A DNA stretch of 63,665 nt, filler included, from Rozella allomycis CSF55 (taxonomy: Eukaryota): the NCBI GenBank assembly GCA_000442015.1. It is 4 parts of 4 records of this genome, joined end to end, with 100 filler letters (N's around TTAATTAATTAA, not from the genome) between each part and the next. Parts side by side here need not be neighbours in the genome. Positions count along the whole stretch, not along the records: positions 23,135 to 30,328 come from KE560612.1; positions 30,429 to 62,411 come from KE560613.1; 2 more parts are not named here. One strand, written 5' to 3'. Each line of letters begins with the position of its first letter. Position 1 is the first letter of the stretch. A program made the translations under genes and the position numbers. Positions 23,135 through 33,985 of this stretch are shown one piece after another. The notes below the pieces were generated by a model, which saw only the letters and a program-made list of their open reading frames with translations, had not been told where the DNA came from and ran no database searches.

Positions 23135-23902
23135 GAGAAAATATCCATCGCCTTTTTCAAATCAAATCCATACGCCGCAGATTCCTTATGCGAAGATGGG
23201 TTGAAAAACCTTTCAGGGGCAATACAACACGACCTTTTCTCCGAAGCATCAAAAAACAAATAAAAATCCGATGGATTATTCTATTTCAATTAATACATTT
23301 ATATACTTCAGGCAGAAATGTAGGCTTGTAGTTTCCTATATCTGACAAGTACGCCCATCCGCCCGTAGAAATCAATACATTTTCACTTTTAATATCCCCA
23401 TGCACAATCTAATATTACACAAAAGCAATAATTACATTCTTATTGTGCAGCGAAGACACAGCTTTCAATAACTGAAACAGAATCCATTTCTTTTCAATCT
23501 TCTCCAAAAACGGCCTCGTTCCAAGCCGATTCTCCAAATTAAAAGAAATATAGCTCCGCTCCATAATAAACATGTACTCATCTTCAACAAACGGCGAACT
23601 TAAAACATTCCAACCATGAATACACTCACACTGACCTCTAACCCCATACACACAAACTTTACTATTGTATTTCGCCAGAATCTCTGATACATCTATACTG
23701 CTCTTGGACGGTTTCATGAATATTTTAACAAGCTTGTCATTCGACATGCAAAACGATTTTGTTAATCGGCCTCGTGCTTTCCTTTATTGTGTAGATTTAA
23801 TGAGTACGTTTTGGTAATGTGCGCTGGCGACATCTTGTCATTGATTATTTCGTATGGCGAGAGCAGTAATTGGATATCTTGATATGAAAGGGAATTTCCC
23901 AT
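23135..23902 (-). CDS. VPS15: VPS15/PIK3R4 5' portion (kinase-like domain), copy A, truncated at linker
   Basis: MGNSLS myristoylation start, LVKIF, NLENRLGTRPFLEKIEKKWILFQLL, HGDIKSENVL, YKPTFLPE-NNPSDF, CIAPERF. Confidence 0.9.
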
Positions 23903-24001
23903 TTTTGACTTTTCCAAGTATAAAGTAGTGAAGCACTGAATAGGAATGGAAAACTGGTATAAAATGGAAAGTTTGTAAAGATTAAAGTTTATTGAATGTT
24001 A

Positions 24002-24295
24002 AATCACCGAAAATTTCCGAAAATTGAAAATCTCGGAAAAAGATTGGGCGACAATAAACTATCAGAAACCGACTTCAATAATAGATATTTTTTATTTAAC
24101 CCCTCAACCCTAACCCTTTACCCTAACGAACCCTAACACTACCAACCCTAATCCTCCCTAACAACCCTAAAAACTCCCTAGCAACCCTTACATTCCCCGA
24201 AAATAACACTTTCGATAAATTGTACTTTAAGAAACCACAGTCCACAGAGGAATATTTTTTTGGAGATTTTCGGTTTTCGGAAAATTTCGGTGATT
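24002..24295. repeat. ~39-bp inverted repeats enclosing a degenerate CCCTAA (telomere-like) array at ~24096-24190
   Basis: Left aatcaccgaaaatttccgaaaattgaaaatctcggaaaaa vs reverse complement of right aatcaccgaaattttccgaaaaccgaaaatctccaaaaa; inside caaccctaaccctttaccctaacgaaccctaacactaccaaccctaatcctccctaacaaccctaa. Confidence 0.85.
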
Positions 24296-24614
24296 CAGGT
24301 CGGCATGGCAAACTCCCCAAAAAGTAATGTTTGAGTTTGTGAAAATGAAAACACGCAATTTCGGGCTCAAGGGAGTGGAGTGGACATGTGGCACGTGATG
24401 CAACTGACCAGGGTTGTCCCGTGATGGCGTTCTTCAAACTTTTGAGTGTTTTGCGCTGGTCAAAGTGAAAGATCTACAATATGATTTTTCAGGCGTGATT
24501 ATAAATATGATTGAAAAATACTGAGCATATGTAACAGTAACATCTTCAATGTAAATGATTTATTCACCTCATAGAATGCCTCCCCGTCCAGTTAACGAGC
24601 ACTGCGAGACTTGC

Positions 24615-26114
24615 TTAAATTTCAAAAATCTCTTTGTAGAAGTTTATGGCTTCCTGGACATGTGAAATATCAACTTCACTCGAATATGAAATTTTCGCAA
24701 AACCATGTGCCAGTCGTATCACAGTTCTGGCCTCTCTAAACCCAAATTTTTTAGACTAAATAGTATAAAATAGAAATCATTACCAAATACATGTTTTGCC
24801 TCAGTTTAGACAACTCAGTAGTGAGACGCATTTTCATTTCGTCGCCAATTCTCGTCTCAAAATTCTTCATTTTCTCAATTTCTGGCATTAAATTGATATC
24901 ACGTTCCATAATGTTCCTTTCATCCTCGTTGAACTTTTCTCTAACCAAGGCATTAGCTAATTGTCTGTCCCCAAAAAGATTGTATTTGTCAATAGATATG
25001 ATCACTAGATCAAATCTTGACAACAACGCTCTATGTACTCCAATATTCTGCACTACGTTCATCAGAGGATCAAATACAATATTCCTGAAGTTCGCTGTGG
25101 CACATACAGCAACATCCGCAGGATATTGTTGGTGAAAAAAATGTTTATTTATTGTCACCGTTTTTTGTTCCATAGCCTCGTGAAGTACGCCTTGCAGCCC
25201 ATCCGGCATTTTGTCCAGTTCGTCTATTTCTTGCAATCAATTTCATTACCAATTAATACGTGCTTTTTGTTCCCAAGGACCAAAGCTCCGGGCTCTATGT
25301 TCGAGTTCACCACAGAAGCAGTCAAGCCAGCTTCAGTCGAAGCGGGACCAGTTACTGACACACATGGGACAAGGCATTCCATTTGTCTAGTTTTGCAAAT
25401 AAATTATAAGTACCGTAACAATTTGGACTTAGCGGTGCCTGGATCCCCTACATGTAGCACATGCAATCTACATATCGCGCTCATGAGCAGAGCCTTTTTA
25501 ACCTTGTCCATCATGACGACCTCAGGACAAAGCATGTTCACCATGTCGGCGAGATTTCTGTGCTTCTGAGGCTCCTGTAGAGGATAGTGTACTTGTTCAC
25601 TAGCCTCGTACAAGCAACAGAAATCCGTCTTGCTTACGTAACCCACAAAGGACATTTCTTTTCCTGCAGAGCCCTGAAAGTCACTATGCAATATTAATTG
25701 GACATACTGATTAAAGTTTTAATGTTTGATTACTTTATCACATGATAAGAGAGTAATTTCTTGTGTTGGCATTCTATCGCGAACAAAGATCGTCCCAACG
25801 CTAACAATCTTCCCAGTGATGACTCTCAGTTTTTTCAAATCCCTTTCTTTCACTTTTGATTTAATTTTGCATAAAGACGGAAGATTTTTAAGCCTTACTT
25901 TGACCCTCTGCCAAAGTGCCCTACCTATTTCGAAGTTTTCGATCAAGGACATCGCTAAACCTTGATCGATCGAAAATATTCTGGACCAGTCCAAACAATC
26001 ATCCTCCGCATGGGCTAAGGCTCTTTCATATTGTTCAGAAACCTATTGGAGTCGCAATGAATGGATTACTTCATTTAGGTTGACTAATTGTATGTTTGAT
26101 GCTAGTTGGTTCAT
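24615..26114 (-). CDS. Short divergent MCM-family AAA+ helicase (~450 aa)
   Basis: HVLHVGDPGTAKS Walker A, STEAGLTASV, IEPGALVLGN, LIDELDKM Walker B (after 26-nt intron), LHEAMEQ, ALLSRFDL arginine finger; 5 GT-AG introns. Confidence 0.85.
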
Positions 26115-26857
26115 GCCGGGGTGTCTAACCCGCCGAAAAGGACTAAGGAAATTCATTGAATTGATCGTCCCTTCTTTTTCCAGTATTAGCAAAATATCAC
26201 TGAGTCACTGACTAAAATGTAACCACATTTTATCAATTAATGGTAAAATAAAGAATGATTCTTGATTTCTCGGGAAGGATTTTTATAACGAGTTTAGAAA
26301 GTTAACCATTAAGATAAATGCGAATATATAAAATATATTATAATGACTGGAATTAATTCCCATTTAATGTTTTACAACATTTTTATATGACTTTATTCCT
26401 TGGGCGTAATGTCGCCAACCTTTCAGATTGAAAATCACCTTTATTCCCTTTCGACTCAGCATTATTGTTCGACACTGCATTGTTGTTTTTAAACTCAAAC
26501 CTTCGCTTTGCCGGAAGACCCATTGTCCAGAAATCGCCTTCATCTATAATATTTTAGTTCCGTTGTATTTTCACTGCTATAAGGTGATCATGTAGCATCT
26601 TGAGGACTCGGGATATTATGATCAGCTTATCTTTTCAGCTTTCATATTAAAAAATAGTAAAATGGAGTATCTTGGCTTAGACCAAGAACATTTTGCTCTA
26701 GATGAACACGCCATGGTGGTATATAAAAGCATCTACGTAAGACTAAGAGAACCGGCTGCTGTATGATGTCACACATGGGTTTACATTAGATCGGAAACTG
26801 GTAATTGTCTAGTTGTCGTCCAATAACTCTCTCGCGTGAATGCACGACAAAAAACTA

Positions 26858-27274
26858 TCAACACAGAGTGCATTCATTGCTTCCATGATCTCTGTCGTGA
26901 TCCTTTCCGTGGTCTCTATCGCGGTCTCTTCTATGGTCTCTGTTACGGTCTCTTCTATGATCTCTTTCATGATCTTTTCCATGACCATCTAGTTTATTAT
27001 CATTTCCTTGTCCTTTACTTCTTCTGTCGCCATCGCGAGCTACATCATCATACTCATTAACACATTGACTACTATATCCGTCACAAACCTTTCTTCTTTT
27101 ACATTTGGGTATCGCAGTGACTGTAGGGAGGGACTCTGTCTTGGTTACAGTTTCACAAAACCCAGTTTTCGTAACGACCGGAGGAGTTTCAACTGTGACC
27201 TCAGTAGTCATAACTGGAGAACAAGTAAGTTTCACAGTTTCAGTAACTGGAATTAAGGTTTCTTGGACAGTGGA
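26858..27274 (-). CDS. 3' part of Thr/Val/Pro-rich, RDH-repeat protein (likely secreted/cell-surface), 5' end lost at N
   Basis: TVQETLIPVTETVKLTCSPVMTTEVTVETPPVVTKT... then DHGKDHERDHRRDRNRDHRRDRDRDHGKDHDRDHG 12-nt repeats. Confidence 0.55.
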   Translation of the reverse strand, partial: STVQETLIPVTETVKLTCSPVMTTEVTVETPPVVTKTGFCETVTKTESLPTVTAIPKCKRRKVCDGYSSQCVNEYDDVARDGDRRSKGQGNDNKLDGHGKDHERDHRRDRNRDHRRDRDRDHGKDHDRDHGSNECTLC

Positions 27275-27275
27275 N

Positions 27276-30200
27276 CAGTAAGTTTGTGTGTATGGGTTTA
27301 GAGGCCAGTGTGAGTGTATACATGGTTGGAATGTTTTGAGTTCGCCGTTCGTGGAAGATGAATACATGTTTATTATGGAGCGGAGCTATATTTCTTTTAA
27401 TTTGGAGAATCGGCTTGGAACGAGGCCGTTTTTGGAGAAGATTGAAAAGAAATGGATTCTGTTTCAGTTATTGAAAGCTGTGTCTTCGCTGCACAATAAG
27501 AATGTAATTATTGCTTTTGTGTGATATTAGATTGTGCATGGAGATATCAAGAGTGAAAATGTATTGATTTCTACGGGCGGATGGGCGTACTTGTCTGATA
27601 TAGGAAACTACAAGCCTACATTTCTTCCTGAAGTATGACAGAAATCAATTAAATGAAATAGAATAATCCATCTGATTTTTATTTGTTTTTTGATGCTTCG
27701 GAGAAAAGGTCGTGTTGTATTGCCCCTGAAAGGTTTTTCAACCCATCTTCGCATAAGGAATCTGCGGCGTATGGATTTGATTTGAAAAAGGCGATGGATA
27801 TTTTCTCGTTGGGGTAATTTTATTGTTTAGGGTTAAATTGATGTGTAGCTGCGCATTTATTTTTGGAGGAGCCGTTGTTTACGCTGTCTAGTTTGTCAAA
27901 GTATTATTCTGGTGAGATTGATGTATCAGAGAGACTTAATAAAATAGAGGACGAGGGTGTTACAGTATGAGATTGAATATTCAAAGATAGAAAATGATTT
28001 TGAATATGATTGATCCATTTCCTGAAAACAGACTTTTGATTGATGAATATTTTGAGGTTTNTTTGGGGTAATTTTATTGTTTAGGGTTAAACTGATGTGT
28101 AGCTGCTCATTTATTTTTGGAGGAGCGGTTGTTTACGCTGTCTAGTTTGTCAAAGTATTATTCTGGTGAGATTGACATAACAGAGAGACTGAATAAAATA
28201 GAAGATGAGGATGTTACAGTATGAGATTGAATATTGAAAGATAGAAAATGATTTTGAATATGACTGATCCATTTCCTGAAAACAGACTTTTGATTGATGA
28301 ATATTTTGAGGTTTTTAATTCAATTTTTCCAGATTATTTTTATAATTTTTCTTTTGAGTACATTGGATCTTTAATTGCGTCGAAAACAGTAGAAACTTTG
28401 GATGAGAAAATTCACAAAATATTTAACGATTTTGATAAAATTTTATGCTCTTTAAATATTTCTATTGATGATGTTAAAGTTGAATGCTATGAAATTGAAA
28501 TTCCAAATGTTAAAATACCACGAAAACGTCAATTGAAGTCTGATGGAGTGTTAATCTTTTTGAATGTTATTTTTTCGTTTCTTCCATTGTTGAATAACTT
28601 GGATACAATTGAAAAAGCTGCTGAGATTATTTTTGTGCTTGGATTGTTAGCGAGGGATGAAATAATCCTTGAAAGAATCGTTCGTTATCTGGTTTTGATT
28701 TGTAACCACACGAATNTCAACGATTTTGATAAAATATTATGCTCTTTAAATATTTCTATAGATGATGTTCAAGTAGAATACTATGAAATTGAAATTCCAA
28801 ATGTTAAAATACCTCGAAAGCGTCAATTGAAGTCTGATGGAGTGTTAATCTTTTTGAATGTTATTTTTTCGTTTCTTCCATTGTTAAATAACTTGGATGC
28901 AATAGAAAAAGCTGCTGAGATTATTTTTGTGCTCGGATTGTTTGCGAGGGATGAAATAGTCCTTGAAAGAATCGTTCGTTATCTGGTTTTGATTTGTAAC
29001 CACACGAATGAATCTTATTTGATATCCAACTGTGTTTATTATATAACATGTTTAATGGAAAGTATTGAGAATGTTCCAAAGTTTGAAGTTGACTTATTTT
29101 TGGAATATTTGTTTCCCGCCCTTTCTCATCTAGTTTCCCATCCAGATCAATCAGTGAGATTCTGCATGGCCAAACATTTACCCTCTTTAATTAAAGTTGC
29201 AGAGAAATTTTTAAATATTAGTGATGAAATAAACAGTTCAGTTAGTAGCAACAGATTTTCTCAGTCAGATTTGTTTTCAGATGATTTTAGCATTAATCGC
29301 CCATTTGATTCTGGTGTTGGACATTTAAGACAGCAAGTTGAAGAGATGATTCAATTGCTTGTTGTTGACAATGATGTTAACGTTAAAATTAAAGTTGTTG
29401 AATCGCTTGGATTTTATTTCAACTTTTTCACGAATCAAAAGACTAGAGACACTATAATTTCACATGTTATAACGTTTTTAAATGAACGGAAATGGGAATT
29501 GAGAAGCGCTGTGATATTCTCATTGAAAGATGTTGCAAACTTTGTTGGTCAATCAACATTTGAACAAATATTTTTGCCTGTAATTCTACAAGGGTTATTG
29601 GGTAATAAGATTGAATGAAATGAATAGATGAGGAAGAGTGTGTGATAATAACAACAATTAAAACTTTGTCTCATCTTTCAACTAGTTTGAAACCTTTGGT
29701 GTTTAAGAAATTCATCAATAAAGTAACACCCTTGTTGGTTCATCCTGATTTTGAATTAAGAAATTGTAAAATTCAAATTTAAACATTAAAATTAGCTGCG
29801 ATTGAATTTATTTTAAATTTGTATGAAAATTGTGATTCAATATTCAAACTTTGCTTGGTTATTCCTTGTTTAGATTTATATTTATCAAAACCTTTAATCA
29901 AGATAAATTTTGAATTAATTCATGAATTTTTAATTCCACCAGTAGAAATTTAATTGATTTCATTCATTAAAGATTCCAACTGAACTTTACAATTATGCAG
30001 CTCAATGGTATTTGAAATCTAAAGATTTGTTCTTGATGGATGATGAATCAGAAGAATACAGGCGAATGATCACAATGGGAATGACGCCCCTGCAAGAGAA
30101 ATTTCTTCTCTTGTTGAAACCTTTTTATAGAAAGCCTTCATCACTAAGTTTAGAAACTGGATTTATTTCACTTGATCCTAAAGACATTAAATCGTTTGAC

Positions 30201-30328
30201 TCTTTTGATTACGAATTAAACACTCTGGTAACAAATGTGTATAAGCTTGAAAGACTATTGGCAACAACAATTTAAACTGCACAGTCAAATTCAAGGAAAG
30301 AGCAAATTTTAATGATATTGAAGATTAT
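27276..30328 (+). CDS. VPS15: VPS15/PIK3R4 copy B (kinase C-lobe plus HEAT repeats), with internal duplications at N 28061 and 28716
   Basis: Near-identical to copy A over the overlap; DIFSLG-CVAAHLFLE; DEIILERIVRYLV, LFLEYLFPALSHL, IISHVITFLNERKWELR HEAT motifs. Confidence 0.9.
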
Positions 30329-30428
30329 NNNNNNNNNNNNNNNNNNNNNNNNNNNNNNNNNNNNNNNNNNNNTTAATTAATTAANNNNNNNNNNNNNNNN
30401 NNNNNNNNNNNNNNNNNNNNNNNNNNNN
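30329..30428. other. Artificial scaffold linker
   Basis: N44-TTAATTAATTAA-N44. Confidence 0.97.
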
Positions 30429-30440
30429 CCCACTCACAAA

Positions 30441-30848
30441 ATGGCTGGAGGAAAAGGAGGAAAATCTGCATCTGCATCTCAAACAAAAGCAAAATCTCGT
30501 TCATCAAAGGCTGGTCTTCAATTTCCAGTTGGTCGTGTTCATCGTTTCTTGCGTAAAGGAAACTACGCTCAACGTGTTGGTGCTGGAGCTCCAGTATATC
30601 TTGCTGCTGTTCTTGAATATTTGACTGCTGAAATTCTTGAACTTGCTGGAAACGCTGCTCGTGATAACAAGAAATCCCGTATCGTTCCAAGACATCTTCA
30701 ACTCGCCATCAGAAACGATGAAGAATTGAACAAATTACTCGGAAACGTCACTATTGCTTCTGGTGGTGTTCTTCCAAACATCCACGAAGTTCTTGTTCCA
30801 AAGAAGAGCAAGTCTGACAATGCTGGATCTCAATCACAAGAATTATAA
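30441..30848 (+). CDS. H2A: Histone H2A with SQEL (H2A.X-type) tail
   Basis: [60 protein letters not shown]; intronless. Confidence 0.99.
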   Translation: MAGGKGGKSASASQTKAKSRSSKAGLQFPVGRVHRFLRKGNYAQRVGAGAPVYLAAVLEYLTAEILELAGNAARDNKKSRIVPRHLQLAIRNDEELNKLLGNVTIASGGVLPNIHEVLVPKKSKSDNAGSQSQEL

Positions 30849-30870
30849 GTGATTTAATTTATCACAAACC

Positions 30871-30886
30871 GGTCTTCTTAAAGACC
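30871..30886 (+). promoter_or_regulatory. Histone 3'-UTR stem-loop (SLBP-type)
   Basis: GGTCTT-CTTA-AAGACC 6-bp stem, 4-nt loop, flanked by CAAACC and ATCA, 22 nt after the H2A stop. Confidence 0.8.
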
Positions 30887-30909
30887 ATCATTCTTAAAGA
30901 TGTTCAATT

Positions 30910-32020
30910 TTAACTTTTGTTTTTATTTAGTTTCGATTTCGCCATTTGATTTAAGTAAGATGAATATAAGCTATTTACAACAATCTGATCGAACTATGTT
31001 TATCCTTAGTTGTGTTATTACGTTTATTAAATCAATAATTCTTTTTTTAAACTCTTCTTTGGTCAATGTAGCGGAACTTTCAGAGTGCTTAATTAAGTGT
31101 TCCACCGGTAAACTTGTTGATTGAAGTAATTTCGCAATAGGTCTGTTTCCCTTTCTTCTAGTGATTCTACGTTTTGTCTGCGATACATCGGTTATAGAAT
31201 TGTCAGATACATCAGAATCCGTTTCACTTGATTCCAGTGCGGACGGCGGGTTTCTGGTTGCCGAAACAATACCTCGATTATTAAGTGGCAAGTCAGATAT
31301 AGGTTCGACTGTTTTCAGATCTCTTCCAGGAGTAATGACGGATCTCGCTTTTTCATTTCTCAAAGCCGCCCTTCGGAACAATTCTTCAAGATCATTCGAT
31401 GCACAATTAACGCCTTTAGGTGTCGTCATTACATTGCTATGATTCGCCCTGGCTAGTTGCGGGCTTTTCTGAGAAAAGATCGGTGGTCCCTTTGCAACAT
31501 CCCCAGAAAATATACTCTTAGTGGGTGTTTGTGGTTTAATTTCAGTAGCTAACATTGAGAACCTTATTTTACGAGAAGTTATAACGATACTTTTGAAACA
31601 AAGATGATATTTTTTCCCGTTCGTATTGATCAAAAAACCATATCCCATAAATATCTATCATTTAGATAATTCTCACATACCATTTTGGGAGCGAAATATT
31701 ATATAAGCATCAGTTAATTGAAGATCTATTTGTGACGAAAATGTTCCCTTGAAGTTTGTGATATTTAGTCTATTCATTATAAAAAATCCGTAGTAAGGAA
31801 AAGTCACTCGTCTATAAACAAATAAAGAGCCTTCAATATCTTTTTTATACTATTTCGTATACTTTTAGTGTTATACCCAAGTTGATGCATCTTCGTCAAA
31901 CTGGTACAAGACAACGTGTGAACTCATATCTATAATTTCTGCTGCTTCATCGTCATATCTTTTAAGAACTTTCATATTGATCTGTAAGGCCTTTTCTTTT
32001 ATCTCTTTTGTACTCTTCAT
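30910..32020 (-). CDS. DCP1: mRNA-decapping subunit Dcp1 (EVH1 plus C-terminal trimerisation helix)
   Basis: INMKVLKRYD..SSHVVLYQF..W-YKKDIEGSLFVYRR..YYGFFIMNRLN..DIYGIWF; C-terminal LTKEEFKKRIIDLIN..LYSSYL; 4 introns. Confidence 0.9.
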
Positions 32021-32160
32021 CACGGAAATTTCTGAGATTCTTTCCGGCGAAAGCAAAATCCCATTACGATAGGATTAAATAAGAGATTCATTAAATTAAT
32101 TGCATTTATCTTATAAACAAAATATATTCCTGAAAATTATAGAACATTTAAAAGTTATTA

Positions 32161-32966
32161 ATGCAATTAATAGACGACGAAAGTTTGCAGAGCGCTATTT
32201 CATTCCTTAATAATTGTAATGACGAGCTGGATTGGGGTGAAGATAGTGTTCCGTTGCTATTCTTGGGTAAGCTACTATATTTTGGCCATTGATAGACACT
32301 GTGAATAGGGAAGTTCTAGGCCAGTTTCCGCATGAAATGTTTACCAGCTGGGACATTATCATCGATTCTCCCAAACCACTTGAGACAATCAAACGTATAC
32401 TAAAAGAGGGTGCAAGTGGGGAGGAGGAAAAGGTAATAGAATATCATATGTACATATATGAATATCATCAAAGAAATTCAAACTTGGAAAAGCTTTCCTA
32501 AAACTGTTACAGCAGATATTGTTCGAAATGTTATTGATAAATACCCTAAAATCGCCGCGGAACTTATACTAAAAGCAGTACAATCGGAAAGGGCTCCTGA
32601 ATTTTACAATCTTTTGATAAATCTTGATATTAGTCTTCATTCCTTGGACATGATGAAGCAATTGCTATTCAAACGCAGTATATATGTCCCTATTGAAACT
32701 GCGTCGCTCTATTTAACCAATGGTATGGACTTCATAAGGTTAATAGCGGAAGAATCGAAACAGCACCGTTCTGTAAGATTGGTAATATTTATAATCTAAT
32801 TAATTTGATGATGTGCTTATTTCTTAAATCGGTTTTACCCGAATTCAATGAAATATTGCAGGACATATTTTTGGAATTGGAAACATTCGCTCTTGAATTC
32901 TCTAGAGTTAAAGAGGCGGCCGAAATATTTCAATATATAAGTTTGAAAAAGAACCAAATAAAATAG
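32161..32966 (+). CDS. CNOT11: CCR4-NOT subunit 11
   Basis: LINLDISLHSLDMM, LYLTN, QHRSVRL-MCLFLKS, ELETFALEFSRVKEAAEIF match the NOT11 C-terminal domain; 3 introns (two probable GT-TG). Confidence 0.85.
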
Positions 32967-33111
32967 TTTTCCCTTTATGGACTGAATTTATTATTGTGGC
33001 TTGTCGTGAGGCACGACACGATTACATAACCAAAATCAATAAAACCATCATTTGAGTACACGTGATTAAAGTATATTACATAACTTGACACCTAGTTATC
33101 GGTATCATTTA

Positions 33112-33753
33112 TTAATTATTGTTTTTTGATTTTAAATTGAGATATGCTTCAAGTGAATTATGAGAGTATAATGTCGAATCGTTCATTTTAGTTTCTTGGA
33201 AATTGTAAGGGAATATTTGGCCACTCCGGTATTCAGGACTTAATATCGAGTTGAGTTGCGGCAGCTGAACTTGAAAAGCTTGAGGTCTAATCTGCTGAAT
33301 CCAATCATTTTCATTGTGAAATTCCATATTGTGACTGTTGGCCGGTCTTGAAGATTGCTGAAGGGGTGATAGTTGAATGCCGTGAAGTTTCAATAAATGC
33401 GCTCTTAATGCAGTTCTGCGCGTAAAGCATTTTCTACAAATGTCGCAAGAAAAAGGCTTGTCACCTCTATGAACTTTTTTGTGTCTTGAAAGTGAACTAG
33501 AATCAGCAAAACCTTTTTGACACGTATCACATACGAATGGTCTTTCGTTGTTGTGTCTCCTAATATGGATCTTGAGACCTGGGCGTTGAGTGAAAGATTT
33601 TCCACACCCTTCAAATGGACACTTAAACGGAAATTCGTCTATCTTGGAGGTGCCTTCAGTGATGGGAGGTTCAGATTTAGCGCTGTTTATGTTCGTGGCT
33701 AATGTCGATGCGGAGTTTGAAGAGTCAGAATGTACAAGGTCTCGGATATCCAT
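33112..33753 (-). CDS. C2H2 zinc-finger transcription factor (3 fingers)
   Basis: CPFEGCGKSF..HIRRH-NNERPF-CDTC..HKKVH-RGDKPF-CDIC..HLLKLH. Confidence 0.93.
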   Translation of the reverse strand: MDIRDLVHSDSSNSASTLATNINSAKSEPPITEGTSKIDEFPFKCPFEGCGKSFTQRPGLKIHIRRHNNERPFVCDTCQKGFADSSSLSRHKKVHRGDKPFSCDICRKCFTRRTALRAHLLKLHGIQLSPLQQSSRPANSHNMEFHNENDWIQQIRPQAFQVQLPQLNSILSPEYRSGQIFPYNFQETKMNDSTLYSHNSLEAYLNLKSKNNN

Positions 33754-33985
33754 TTAACAAATCAAGAAAAGAAAAAAGGGTATCTAGAGAACACAAAAAT
33801 GAATTCTGAAATTTCAGACTATTATGATTTAAAGATAAAATCAACTTTCACGTGGCATGAAGTAATATATTTTAAGGCTTTATTTGAAAAGTTGAAAAAT
33901 TTTTAAAACAAAGAAAATGTTTTGGGTAATGGTAGCACGTGTTCGTGTTGAACTATAGAAATTTCGAAATTGTGAAGTGTGTATT

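Noticed and set aside
26858-27367. 169-aa minus-strand ORF
   Set aside because: Chimera across N 27275: its N-terminus is the antisense of VPS15 copy B
28427-29010. Apparent internal tandem domain duplication in VPS15 (similar at 42891, 46121, 61816, 62966)
   Set aside because: Each duplication is centred on a single N join, typical of uncollapsed allelic overlaps
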